Part shown: positions 34,458 to 43,406 of the stretch, piece after piece
Position numbering within the stretch: position 1 is the first letter of the stretch
Layout: each line of letters opens with the position of its first letter
Source: an uncultured Methanosarcinales archaeon
GTDB lineage: Archaea > Nanobdellota > Nanobdellia > Woesearchaeales > CAYNLP01
Reading direction: 5' to 3'
Assembly: GCA_964398115.1 (NCBI GenBank)
Contig: CAYNLP010000006.1
Location: forward strand, 1-43,406
DNA length: 43,406 nt
The notes under the pieces: model-generated
Seen by the model: the letters and a program-made list of their open reading frames with translations, nothing else
Told to the model about the DNA's origin: nothing
The model's database searches: none
Program-made: the position numbers and the translations under genes

Positions 34458-35219
34458 CTATCCTATATATCCAAGTTCTGGACTTCCATCGCCTTGTTGA
34501 ACTTGGTTCGCGTTTTTCAGGCTTTGTTGAAGTTGATCTTCCATGTCTTCTATTTGATCATCTAAGTCGTCTGTTTCAACTCCGAAGTTGTATCGTTCGT
34601 TCAACAAGTTTATAATTTGCCTTGCTCCTTTTAGTCCGACGTACATGGGATGTGCCATTGTTTCTCCTAGCAAGGCCGCTGCTTGGATGTTTTCTTCATC
34701 AGCTAGTCCTAATAGCAATCCGGAAATACCCATTATGGGGCCGACTTTGCCATATGTTTCTAAATTAGCTCCTTGTTCTCCTAGTTCTTCTAATAAGTCT
34801 TTGTTATTTCCTGTTGCGTAGAGGTCTGGCCTTTCAGGCATGTTTTTTAATCCTATCCCTCCTAGCGTGATTATTTCTTTACAGTCTTGACTTTCTGCGT
34901 ATTCAAGTACTGCTTCTGCAAAGCCGTAACTCTTTTCGCTGTCTTTTGGTTGTACGTCTCCTACCATGAATAAGAAATTTTTTCCATCATGTTCAAAATG
35001 TCTTATATCAATCGTGGGTAGTTTAACGGTGTTGTCTTCCTTTACGAAAACAGCGTTTGGTAAACTTTTGCTTGTTATTTGAGCAACTAGTTCGGTGTCA
35101 AATTCTTGTACTAGTAAGTCTGCTGTTATTTTTCCTACGTTTCCTATTCCTGGAAGTCCTTCTATTAGGATTGTGTTTTCAAAGTCTTTTTCTGTCTTTT
35201 TTTCAACATTCCATGTCAT
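34458..35219 (-). CDS. PAC2-family proteasome assembly chaperone
   Basis: IEGLPGIGNVGKI, GDVQP, ITLGG, GPIMGISGLLLG, LLGET, terminal YIG; follows nop10. Confidence 0.9.
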   Translation of the reverse strand: MTWNVEKKTEKDFENTILIEGLPGIGNVGKITADLLVQEFDTELVAQITSKSLPNAVFVKEDNTVKLPTIDIRHFEHDGKNFLFMVGDVQPKDSEKSYGFAEAVLEYAESQDCKEIITLGGIGLKNMPERPDLYATGNNKDLLEELGEQGANLETYGKVGPIMGISGLLLGLADEENIQAAALLGETMAHPMYVGLKGARQIINLLNERYNFGVETDDLDDQIEDMEDQLQQSLKNANQVQQGDGSPELGYIG

Positions 35220-35377
35220 AATAGTCCTTTCTCCTTCTTGTATTCTAACCTGTATTTTTGATATTTGTCTTCTGGGCTATATTTGGGTGGTTTTGGATTA
35301 ATCATTTTCCCACCACAGCTGCATTCTCTGGAAAGCCCGTAAGTTTGACATTCGTTACATTTGAGTATTTTTGTCAT
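35216..35377 (-). CDS. nop10: H/ACA RNP protein Nop10 (below ORF-track cutoff)
   Basis: Manual translation MTKILKCNECQTYGLSRECSCGGKMINPKPPKYSPEDKYQKYRLEYKKEKGLL; canonical position after aIF2-alpha. Confidence 0.93.
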   Translation of the reverse strand: MTKILKCNECQTYGLSRECSCGGKMINPKPPKYSPEDKYQKYRLEYKKEKGLL

Positions 35378-36153
35378 TATTCTTTCCGTTTAAAGCTTGC
35401 TTCGCCTTTATTTTCTTCTATCACCGTTTTGGCTTTAGTAACGCATTCGTCTAATTGACTTTCGGCTTCTTTATAGTCGCTTGCGGTTACTTTCACTTTG
35501 TATTTTCCAGCTCCGATATATGTTATTTCGCATCCTTCTCCTTGTTTTTCGGCTTCACTTAGTGCTTCTTTTATAACTTGTAATCCGTTTCCTACATAGC
35601 TTTTAGCGGTTAAGTCTCCACTTATAGTGACCTCTTTCGGTTTTATCTTATCCTTGACTATTTCTGTTAAGGTCTCTGCGATTTCTTCATCCAGTCCTGT
35701 TCCTGCAAGATTTGCATCGTTTTCTACGACGTCTTCAAATGCTTGGTAAAGCATGTCGTATTTTTCGAAAATAGCGTCTGCGATTTCTTCATAAAGTTCT
35801 TCTGGTTCTCTGTTGAGTTCGTCAGCAAGTTTGTCTATTATTTTCTCTGCTTGTTTTTCTTGTTTGATCATTTGTTGCTTAGCTCTGGTTTGAGCTTCGC
35901 TTACTCTCCTTAGAGAAAGGTCTATGTGTCCTTTTTCTTTGTCAATGTCTAGTACTTGGCATACTACTTTCTTTCCTTCTTGTACGTAATCTCGGATGTT
36001 TCTTATCCGGCCTGGTGCTATTTCTGATATGTGGATCATTCCTGATTTTTCGTATTCGTCTAAGTGGCAGAATACGCTGTGGTATTGTATTTTTGTGACT
36101 GTGCACAGAACTAATTCGTCTTCTTCCGGGAAGCCTTCTTTTTTATATAGCAT
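35377..36153 (-). CDS. eif2a: Translation initiation factor 2 subunit alpha
   Basis: FPEEDELVLCTV, GMIHISEIAPGRIRNIRD, GHIDLSLRRV, YIGAGKY, DYKEAE. Confidence 0.96.
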   Translation of the reverse strand: MLYKKEGFPEEDELVLCTVTKIQYHSVFCHLDEYEKSGMIHISEIAPGRIRNIRDYVQEGKKVVCQVLDIDKEKGHIDLSLRRVSEAQTRAKQQMIKQEKQAEKIIDKLADELNREPEELYEEIADAIFEKYDMLYQAFEDVVENDANLAGTGLDEEIAETLTEIVKDKIKPKEVTISGDLTAKSYVGNGLQVIKEALSEAEKQGEGCEITYIGAGKYKVKVTASDYKEAESQLDECVTKAKTVIEENKGEASFKRKE

Positions 36154-36159
36154 GTTTTT

Positions 36160-36345
36160 TTAATTTAGAACTTCTAGTATTCGGGTGTCGACTACGGTTT
36201 TGCCACCGCTTGGTGTTGCGAGTTTTTCATCGCAGACTAGGCATTTTACTGTTCGAGATGCTTTGCCGAATATTATTTGTTCGTTTTTGCATTCGCTGCA
36301 TCTGACCTTGATGAATTTACTTTTTGGTTCTTGTATTTTTGGCAT
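36160..36345 (-). CDS. rps27e: 30S ribosomal protein eS27
   Basis: PKSKFIKVRCSECKNEQIIF..VKCLVC..PSGGK. Confidence 0.97.
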   Translation of the reverse strand: MPKIQEPKSKFIKVRCSECKNEQIIFGKASRTVKCLVCDEKLATPSGGKTVVDTRILEVLN

Positions 36346-36382
36346 TGTGTTATCTCAAGAATAAGCTTTTCTTTATAAACTC

Positions 36383-36700
36383 TTAGGTTATTTGTAGTCT
36401 TCGTGTTCTTCGGCTGCTTTGCTGTACGTGGGTTTTTCTGCAGTTTTGACATGTAAATCTTAGGTCTGTTTTCTTGCTTGTTTTCTTACCGACTCTTTTG
36501 AATGCTGATATTGGTGGTTTTGAAAATCTTCCTTGATTTCCTGCTCCTCTTCTTCTTCCTCTGGACTCTAGTCTACTTGGACTGAACCAGCTCATTGGTC
36601 TGGCTTGGTTTCTTCCTCTTTTCTTTGCTTCCGACACTTTGTGTTTATGATGTTCATTACAAAATGGGCAGTGTCGGTTTACTTCTTTTGGAATTTTCAT
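36383..36700 (-). CDS. rpl44e: 50S ribosomal protein eL42 (L44e)
   Basis: MKIPK..HCPFCNEH..H, KTSKKTDLRFTCQNC. Confidence 0.95.
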   Translation of the reverse strand: MKIPKEVNRHCPFCNEHHKHKVSEAKKRGRNQARPMSWFSPSRLESRGRRRGAGNQGRFSKPPISAFKRVGKKTSKKTDLRFTCQNCRKTHVQQSSRRTRRLQIT

Positions 36701-36741
36701 ATTTTTGGAAGAAAAGGGTGGTGTTTAAAAAGTTTACTTTT

Positions 36742-37458
36742 TTATACTTCTTCTGCTCGTCCTTTTTTTATGAGTATTTGTGCGATTTCTTCAGAGAGTT
36801 CGGCGGTTTCTTCTTCTTCGTAGGGGCCGTATACTTCTTCGTTTTTTCCTACAAATTTGGGTATTGAGCTTTTGAACTTGACTTCTAATCGTCTGTCTTT
36901 TTCTTCTTCGGTTTCGGTATCATTTTTTTCATTTTCTAATTCTTTAATTTCGTCTGTCATTCCTTTTTCTTCGTTCATTCCTGTTTTAGGTTCTTCACTT
37001 TCTTCTTCATGTTTGTATTTGCTTACGTCTTCATTGCCAAATTTAGGATATTCCATATTGGATACTTTTTCTAACACGCTTTGTCTGTAGGAATCGAATA
37101 GTTTGGATGCTTGGTGGAAGAATTCTTTTTCTACGTCTAGTAAGGCGGATGTGTCTATTATGTCACTTTTTGTTCTTGATTTGTTAAGCGCTAGTATTAT
37201 TATCTTTTTTTCTCTTCTTTCTATAAATTCTTTTGCTATTTTCTTTGCGTTTTCTAGTTGGACTTTTACTTTTTCTTTCTCGCTGCTGGCGAACATTTCT
37301 GCTTCTTCGCTTTTATCATCTAACACTTTTTGTTTTTCTTGAAAGTATTCTACTAGTTCTTTGTAGAAATTACGGTCTAAGGTTTGTAAGTCTTCACTAT
37401 TTCTCTCTCGACGGAGAAGTTCGAATAATTCCTCGTATGTTAGACTCATTTCCCCCAT
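36742..37458 (-). CDS. GINS subunit (Gins51/Gins15 type)
   Basis: TYEELFELLRRER..LQTLDRNFY, RREKKII; C-terminal B domain IPKFVG..VYGPY..LIKKGRA; adjacent to rpl44e. Confidence 0.85.
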   Translation of the reverse strand: MGEMSLTYEELFELLRRERNSEDLQTLDRNFYKELVEYFQEKQKVLDDKSEEAEMFASSEKEKVKVQLENAKKIAKEFIERREKKIIILALNKSRTKSDIIDTSALLDVEKEFFHQASKLFDSYRQSVLEKVSNMEYPKFGNEDVSKYKHEEESEEPKTGMNEEKGMTDEIKELENEKNDTETEEEKDRRLEVKFKSSIPKFVGKNEEVYGPYEEEETAELSEEIAQILIKKGRAEEV

Positions 37459-37496
37459 GTTTATTTGAAACTGTTTTTCAGTTTATAAAAATTGCG

Positions 37497-39236
37497 TTAA
37501 GTAAATAATGATCCTATCCATTCTCCTATTCCTAGTACTATTTTTGTAAGGAATCCTTTATCTTCCTCTTCTTTTTCACTTTTTCTTTCTTCTTCGTTTT
37601 GTTCTTCTTGGATTTGTATAAAACTTTTTTTGATAGAGGTTATGTTTTTAGAGGGTATAAGAGCGGTGGTGGTTATTTCTATGCGGTCTTGTGAGAAACT
37701 GTTTGGAACTTTAAAGCTGTAACTGTACATTTCTTTCTCTTCATCTGGTTTTATTTCTTTCTTGTTGGATATGTTGCCTTCTATTTGGACGTTTTGAGAT
37801 ATTTCGTCTTTAGCGCTGAACATTCTAGCTTTTTCCAGGTTGTTCTTTAATTTAACCTTCACATTTACCATATCTCCTCTTGCTGCGTGTTGGGGCGTGT
37901 CTATGTTTATGTTGAGGCTTTGAAGTCTGGGTTGTACTGTTATCTGGTCAGTGGTGGAGAAATTGAATTTTTCTCCTGCTGGGGTTTTGTAAGTTCCGGA
38001 GAATGTTCCTGTAAATGTGGTTTCATTACTTATTTCTGGTGCTTTCATAACATCTGTTAGGAGGAAGCTTTCGTCGTTCACTATTGCTTTTTCTAACTTT
38101 ATTTCTTCGTTGAATAATTTTACTGTGCTGTTTGGTATTATAACTCCAAAGTGATCTCGGTTTTTTATTTTGGCATCTATTCTAAATTTGCTGCCTCCTG
38201 TTATTTTGTCAGGTAGGTTTAAAGTTGGTTTGGGCCCGTTAACGAAGCTTTTGATTTTGTAATCTTGATAGTAGTCTACTTCTCCTTGTTCTGAGTTGAA
38301 AGAGGCGCTAAACGTGATGGTGTTGTTTCTTACTCTGGGAGCTGAAAAGACAGTTTTTAACTTTTCTGTTTGTCCTGGATTTATTGTACCGCTCCATGTT
38401 ACTTCATCTCTGGTTTTAGACATTTTTGTACTTCTTGATAGTATGTTGAGGGGGGGAGCTCGGATTTTTAAATTGTTGACTTCTACGCCGTTTCCTGTTT
38501 CTTTCCCGATTATTTCTATATTGAAGTTGAATTCTTTTCCTACGGGTATTTGGTTTTTTGGTTCTGTAATTTTTACTTGGTAGGGAGCTTCTACTTTGAA
38601 GTTTGTTTTTGAACTCTTTTTTGTAATTTTTTTGTCAGCGTAGGTGTAGGTCACGTTGGCTTGGCTTGTGTGTTCAGCCCATGCTGTTGCTTGTATGTCA
38701 TAGTTGAAAGTTATTTGTTGTCCGGGTTGTAAACTTCCTTTTTTGGTAAAAGTGTTGGTTTCTCTTCCTAGTTGTACGATGTCGAATTCTCTTGGAAATT
38801 TGTCTTTGTAGGTGTATCGGGGGATGTGTCGGTTTCCGGTATTTTCTAATGTGACGGTGATTCTTGCTTGATCGTTAAGGCCTAGGTTGGTTTGGCTTAT
38901 TTGTCTGTTAATATTTAGCTCGGGCCCTATATTTGTAATTTTTATTTTTAGTCCTGCTTTGGATTCTCCATCTTCAAACGTTACTTTGTTGCTGTCAAGG
39001 TTTTCATCTTTATCTTGAAAGCAGTATTGGTAATGTTTTGTATCAGTGCATTGGTTTAAATTTATCACTAAGCTGTTGTTTTCACTGCTTAGATAGATTT
39101 TATCTTCACCCCATTCGTGTATGACTGAGTATTTCACACCGTGTGCTGTGAAGTTATCACCGCTGTTGTGCCAACCACTGTAACCGTGGGCCATGGGTAT
39201 TAGCAATAGAGTCAAGAGGATTAATTTGTATTTCAT
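37497..39236 (-). CDS. Secreted multi-Ig-like-domain surface protein
   Basis: Signal peptide; repeated beta-sandwich motifs (ITVTLENTG, LQPGQQITFNY, INPGQTEKL, IKPDEEKEMYSY); amphipathic C-terminal helix. Confidence 0.75.
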   Translation of the reverse strand: MKYKLILLTLLLIPMAHGYSGWHNSGDNFTAHGVKYSVIHEWGEDKIYLSSENNSLVINLNQCTDTKHYQYCFQDKDENLDSNKVTFEDGESKAGLKIKITNIGPELNINRQISQTNLGLNDQARITVTLENTGNRHIPRYTYKDKFPREFDIVQLGRETNTFTKKGSLQPGQQITFNYDIQATAWAEHTSQANVTYTYADKKITKKSSKTNFKVEAPYQVKITEPKNQIPVGKEFNFNIEIIGKETGNGVEVNNLKIRAPPLNILSRSTKMSKTRDEVTWSGTINPGQTEKLKTVFSAPRVRNNTITFSASFNSEQGEVDYYQDYKIKSFVNGPKPTLNLPDKITGGSKFRIDAKIKNRDHFGVIIPNSTVKLFNEEIKLEKAIVNDESFLLTDVMKAPEISNETTFTGTFSGTYKTPAGEKFNFSTTDQITVQPRLQSLNINIDTPQHAARGDMVNVKVKLKNNLEKARMFSAKDEISQNVQIEGNISNKKEIKPDEEKEMYSYSFKVPNSFSQDRIEITTTALIPSKNITSIKKSFIQIQEEQNEEERKSEKEEEDKGFLTKIVLGIGEWIGSLFT

Positions 39237-39279
39237 ATCTAATTTGTTTTTATTAGAAGGATGTGTTATAAAGTTATCG

Positions 39280-39849
39280 TTAATTTACTTGTCTAATGTC
39301 TAATATTCCTTGACCTGCTATAGTAACTTCTGCTTCTATACCTGTAAGGTTGTAGTCCTCATAATCTGCTAAGACGTAACTTGCTGAAAGAGTTTCTTGA
39401 GCGTCATAACCTGCAACTAGCAGAGCTTGATGTTCAGGATAATACTTGATTATAGCTTTGCCGACGGAGAAATCTTTGTTACATGGTTGAGGGTAATCCA
39501 TGAGCTTAGCTGCCACGCTGTTTATACAAGGCCCTCCCACTACTATCATTTTCTCCTCTCCGGGTTTAGGAGCGTCTACATCCATAACACCCACCCGTGA
39601 CGTAAATAAAGAACTTACACGATTTAAAGACACGTCAGCCTCGCTTTCAGCCACTAAACTAGCCACTACATCCACGGCTCCTATCATGTCTGAAGTTGCA
39701 GCGTTTTTGCCAACTACTATTTGAGCGTCAAACACTCCTTTAGTTACGAAAGGTTCTGGATAATCATTTAAGGTGTGTTGGCTAGTTTGAGAAGATGCCG
39801 GTAAAGCAAGCAGAATTCCTATAATGATCAGGGTTAGTGTTTTCTTCAT
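39280..39849 (-). CDS. Short S-layer paralogue (joined N- and C-terminal S-layer segments only)
   Basis: Signal peptide; LNDYP, IVVGKNAATSD, VGGPCINSVAA, LLVAG, ASYVLADY align with both ends of the 39940 gene. Confidence 0.85.
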   Translation of the reverse strand: MKKTLTLIIIGILLALPASSQTSQHTLNDYPEPFVTKGVFDAQIVVGKNAATSDMIGAVDVVASLVAESEADVSLNRVSSLFTSRVGVMDVDAPKPGEEKMIVVGGPCINSVAAKLMDYPQPCNKDFSVGKAIIKYYPEHQALLVAGYDAQETLSASYVLADYEDYNLTGIEAEVTIAGQGILDIRQVN

Positions 39850-39884
39850 ATTACTTTATTGCGTAGATTCTCGTTTATATAGTT

Positions 39885-39925
39885 TTAGAAAAAATAAAGA
39901 AGAGAGAAAGAAAAAAAGGAAAAAA
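39885..39925 (-). terminator. U-rich terminator after the S-layer gene
   Basis: Long pyrimidine/T tract on the minus strand just after the stop codon. Confidence 0.55.
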
Positions 39926-39939
39926 TTGGTTAGCTCTTT

Positions 39940-42729
39940 TTAGGAGCTACCGCTACCAGATCCACCAGATCCGCTAACTGGGCTTACACTGATGGTGTCA
40001 AGGTCAGCAACTGTGACCTGAACTTCATCGCCTTGCAAGTTGTAGTCCTTGTAATCAGCTAGGACGTAACTTGCTCCCAGTGTGTCTTGGCTGGTTTGTC
40101 CAGCGACGAGAATCGCGTTTTGATCCTCGTACAGCTTGATGGTAGCTTGACCTTCTTGGAATCCAAGGTCTTCTGCGTCTTGACCACATGCTGGGTATTG
40201 CGCACCGAGTAGGTTTGCAGAGACCCTGTTGATACAAGGTCCTCCAATCGAGATCATGTTTTGGGTTCCAACTGCTGGAGCGTTGACGTCCAGTACAGCT
40301 AGACCAACTGCGATTGGATTGACCTTTTCAGTGGTCACTCCGCCTGAGCTACCTCTTGTTCTGGTAACTTCGCCAGCTGTGACGAACACTTGTGCTCCTC
40401 TCTGCTGTTCTGGGTAGCCGAGAGTGAGCTCTTCTGGGTTGTCACCGCTTGGATCGTACAGGTCGTAACTGACTCCGTAGTCAGTCATTTCCATCTCGTG
40501 GTTATCTTGCTCGTCTGGCTCAACTGGGTCGAATGCGAATTCGCTGTATCTTCCAGTTGTTGCCTGAGCTTGGTCGTTGATAACCACATGGGTTGTACGA
40601 TCGATTGAGCTGTTGACACCGCTTATGGAAATGCCACTTCGGTTGTAACCCATGAAGTCCATCATGACATCATTGTCACTCGCGATGGACACGTTCATCC
40701 TCAGGTTTTCTCCTCCTTCGTTGCTTTCGTCAAATTCACTACCTTCTGTGTGAAGGATGAACTCTGTGTAGCTAGGTTCATTCAAGTTGTTGGCACTGTC
40801 TTGTGGTGCGTTAACGTTTGCTCCAAAGTCGATGACTCCACCGCCTTTGGTGGTGAACTTGGCTCTGTCACCTTCAACCGCACCGTCTGCGTTCAAGTCA
40901 ACTGCAACAGGGTGGTTGCTGTCAACTGAACCGTTAGCAACGTAGACGTCGTAGGAGTTTCCTGCGACGATTAAGGTACCAGTTCCTAGTACCTCGTTTA
41001 CGCTGTCAAGTGTGTATGTCAACTCTTTGCTGCCTGCTGCTTTGTCTTCGAAAGTCAGCACTTGCTGGCTTGTATCTACGCTTTGGTACTCGACAACGTG
41101 GCTGAACGCTTGGTCGTCCCATGCGTCATTTCGGTTGTTTGAGAGTACGATTTCGTCGTCTTTGTCGACGAAAAAGTCGCTCGCGTTCAAGTTGCCGCTG
41201 CCAGCGTTGTAGGCAGTTTGGAAGTTGCCGTCTTCGACGAAGTTGAAGTCTTCGTCGTTGTCTGAACCGAGTCGGAATGTACCGTCGTCCAAGGTTTCTA
41301 CGTACGCAATATTGTACTGATTACCTTGGCGGTTGGTAGCCCTTACTTCGTACTCGTCATCACCGTTGGCCGCTATTTCAATCGGTGTTTCACCGACGTC
41401 CATGAAGCCTTCGTAGGTGATGTCGAAACTTGGGCTGAGCATTCCCATTGGTTCATCCAGGAACTCTTTGATACCGTGTTCAGGTGGTACGTAGATGTTT
41501 GTAGTTCCTGAAAGTGCGTCAGCTGTGAGTCGGTACGACATATCAGTGATTTCGAACTCTTCTCCAGCTGCGAGGTTTCCACCTCCGACGACTTGTCCTT
41601 GTATTCGGACAAATGCGTCTTCAATGCTTTCTTCGGTGATTTCAACTCTTCTCTCAAAGCTGTCGTCGTTAGCGTTGGTATCTCGGAATTGTACTTTCTG
41701 AGCTCCGAGGAAGAATTCTGCTACTCCTCCTCTTTCAGAAACTAGGATTTCTTGAATCCCGACTTCTAGACCGCTTGAGAGAATGTCTGTTCCACCATCT
41801 TGCATTGCGTCGGTTAACTCTCCGTTTACAGAGAGTTTGGCTTCGACGTTCCCTCCGTTAGGGTTTGAAACGAAGACTAGTGTGACTTCGTAATCTTTGC
41901 CGTCGATGGTGTATGTCTTTGTTTCTCCTTCTTGTAAGGAGTCTGTGACATCTCCGGCAATAAACTCAAGTGTTACGTCGTCATTATTGCTGTTGTTTTG
42001 GACTTCGCTGTCTACGAAGACAAAGTCTGTTCCGAAAATGTTAAAGACTTCATCTTCTAAGTCGTTTAGCTCTAAATTGCCGCTACCGTCGCTTTCAATT
42101 TCTGATTCAAGTCCTTCTTCGAATTCGATCTCCCATTCAAAGAAAGCGTCTTGTTCAGGATCGTCTCCTTCAGCGACGTGTAGCCAGTCACTGACTTGTT
42201 CTGATGGTGCGTCGTTTTGGCCGTAGACTACAGCAGTTGGGAACAACTCGTTAGATCCAGTATTGTTCACTGCTTTGAATCTTAGGTACTGGTTGTAGTT
42301 TGTTGTTCCTTCGTCTGTTGAAACCGTTCCGCCTTGTAGGGCTTCTACGTCGAATTCTGTTATTGTTTCTTTGACGTCGCCGATTGGTTCGTTGATTGTT
42401 AGCATGTCGTTAGCTTCGCCAATTTCGGCTGTGTCTCCTTGCAGCGTTGTCTTTCCTGCAGCTCCTGGTACGTCTACTGTTTCTTTCGCTGTGCTTGCTG
42501 CTTGCAGACTTGCTGCGATGTCAATTGAGCCTAGGACGTCTGATGTTGCGGCGTCTTCACCGACAACCAGCTTTCCTTGGAACTGTCCGTCGTCCATCCA
42601 CATTCCTGGATAGTCTTCCAGTCCCATGTCTTGCTGTGACTGTGCCATTGCGCCCATCATCGTTGCTCCGACCATGGTTGCTCCGGCTCCTAGAGCCACA
42701 ATTTTCTTGATTGTTTTCTTTACATTCAT
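39940..42729 (-). CDS. Major S-layer protein (Methanococcales-type N/C domains)
   Basis: MNVKKTIKKIVALGAGATMVGATMMGAMA leader; LEDYP, LVVGEDAATSD; IGGPCIN, ILVAG; highly acidic; GGAGGTG SD before ATG 42729. Confidence 0.9.
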   Translation of the reverse strand: MNVKKTIKKIVALGAGATMVGATMMGAMAQSQQDMGLEDYPGMWMDDGQFQGKLVVGEDAATSDVLGSIDIAASLQAASTAKETVDVPGAAGKTTLQGDTAEIGEANDMLTINEPIGDVKETITEFDVEALQGGTVSTDEGTTNYNQYLRFKAVNNTGSNELFPTAVVYGQNDAPSEQVSDWLHVAEGDDPEQDAFFEWEIEFEEGLESEIESDGSGNLELNDLEDEVFNIFGTDFVFVDSEVQNNSNNDDVTLEFIAGDVTDSLQEGETKTYTIDGKDYEVTLVFVSNPNGGNVEAKLSVNGELTDAMQDGGTDILSSGLEVGIQEILVSERGGVAEFFLGAQKVQFRDTNANDDSFERRVEITEESIEDAFVRIQGQVVGGGNLAAGEEFEITDMSYRLTADALSGTTNIYVPPEHGIKEFLDEPMGMLSPSFDITYEGFMDVGETPIEIAANGDDEYEVRATNRQGNQYNIAYVETLDDGTFRLGSDNDEDFNFVEDGNFQTAYNAGSGNLNASDFFVDKDDEIVLSNNRNDAWDDQAFSHVVEYQSVDTSQQVLTFEDKAAGSKELTYTLDSVNEVLGTGTLIVAGNSYDVYVANGSVDSNHPVAVDLNADGAVEGDRAKFTTKGGGVIDFGANVNAPQDSANNLNEPSYTEFILHTEGSEFDESNEGGENLRMNVSIASDNDVMMDFMGYNRSGISISGVNSSIDRTTHVVINDQAQATTGRYSEFAFDPVEPDEQDNHEMEMTDYGVSYDLYDPSGDNPEELTLGYPEQQRGAQVFVTAGEVTRTRGSSGGVTTEKVNPIAVGLAVLDVNAPAVGTQNMISIGGPCINRVSANLLGAQYPACGQDAEDLGFQEGQATIKLYEDQNAILVAGQTSQDTLGASYVLADYKDYNLQGDEVQVTVADLDTISVSPVSGSGGSGSGSS

Positions 42730-42734
42730 GTTAG

Positions 42735-42852
42735 TAAACACCTCCGTGTTTAAAGTTTGATCTTGTCTAGTATGTGAAGCGTGCTCTATAGTCGCTGGAA
42801 CACGACTATATTTTAAGCCTTCACATACTAAACGTCTTTGTAGCTCAAACTT
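42735..42852 (-). promoter_or_regulatory. Structured 5' UTR of the S-layer gene
   Basis: Nested stems 42753-60/42845-52, 42765-79/42819-33 (15 bp, one G-U on minus), 42787-94/42803-10, plus SD hairpin 42735-42752; TATA TTTATAAATA at about 42873-42883. Confidence 0.8.
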
Positions 42853-43175
42853 GGATTGGTATAGTTACCCCTTATTTATAAAGTTTTCGTTATTTACTCC
42901 TCTTATTTTGTAATATTCGGCATTAGAGAGCTTGAAACACTGGATTTCTGAAAAAGGACAGTTTATTTAAAAAAGCGTGTATATAGTGTTTGTATATCAT
43001 GTTTTCACCATTTTGTGTTCTATGTTGTTGTTGATTAAAAGTTTTTGAAACATTTTTCGTATTTGTTGTATTTTTTGTTATATTTTTCTGGACATAAAGT
43101 GGCGCTATACGTTATCATTATTGCATTTTATCTTTGAACTCTTCACATATATTATATAGTATAAAGTGAAATATT

Positions 43176-43274
<99 letters not shown>

Positions 43275-43406
43275 ATATAAGATAACAAAGCTTTTTGTCT
43301 CTTTTTCTTATCAGGATGGAAAAACCCAATTCTTTTTAAAAACCTTATGATATCACTCTTTCTTCTAATTCTTAATTCCCAAGTCGTAGAAATCTTTTCT
43401 GATTGT

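Noticed and set aside
40860..40905. Dockerin in the S-layer protein (DLNADGAVEGD) as partner for the cohesins
   Set aside because: Only a single Ca-binding-like loop, without the duplicated loop-helix of a dockerin
226..42710. Many short ORFs in the track that are antisense to or nested in called genes (S/F/L-rich)
   Set aside because: They are shadows of E/K-rich genes on the other strand or frame and have no motifs
42900..43175. Hidden gene or repeat in the AT-rich spacer
   Set aside because: No credible ORF, stable stem or periodic repeat seen

Overview
Core chromosomal segment of a small-genome archaeon, most consistent with DPANN (Woesearchaeota-like). Evidence: archaeal ribosomal proteins (uL16/L10e, eS6, eS17, eS27, eL42/L44e), Alba, aIF2-alpha, Nop10, GINS, a Methanococcales-type S-layer protein and TATA/BRE promoters, alongside bacterial-type sugar enzymes (gpmI, rpe, rpiB). 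Many proteins are D/E-rich, suggesting a saline habitat (inference). It holds about 50 CDS, three tRNAs (Gln-CTG, Arg-TCG, Arg-CCT with a 20-nt intron at non-canonical position 28/29) and four 10-N scaffold gaps. RpiB, Nop10 and a partial gene at the left edge are missing from the ORF track. The most system-like block is an ~11 kb type IV pilus locus (23.5-34.4 kb): six class III signal-peptide proteins (two with inserted vWA or GATase-like domains), DUF192, a winged-helix/coiled-coil protein, one ATPase and two TadC-like proteins. Other notable items are an S-layer gene with a structured leader and a mini-paralogue, a half Hel308 helicase, an eS6 with an extra C-terminal domain and hairpin leader, a cohesin surface protein, an HTH gene with three operator-like sites, and a promoter element shared by three envelope genes. 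No CRISPR array, rRNA, integrase or transposase was seen. All family calls are from motif recognition by eye; no searches were run.
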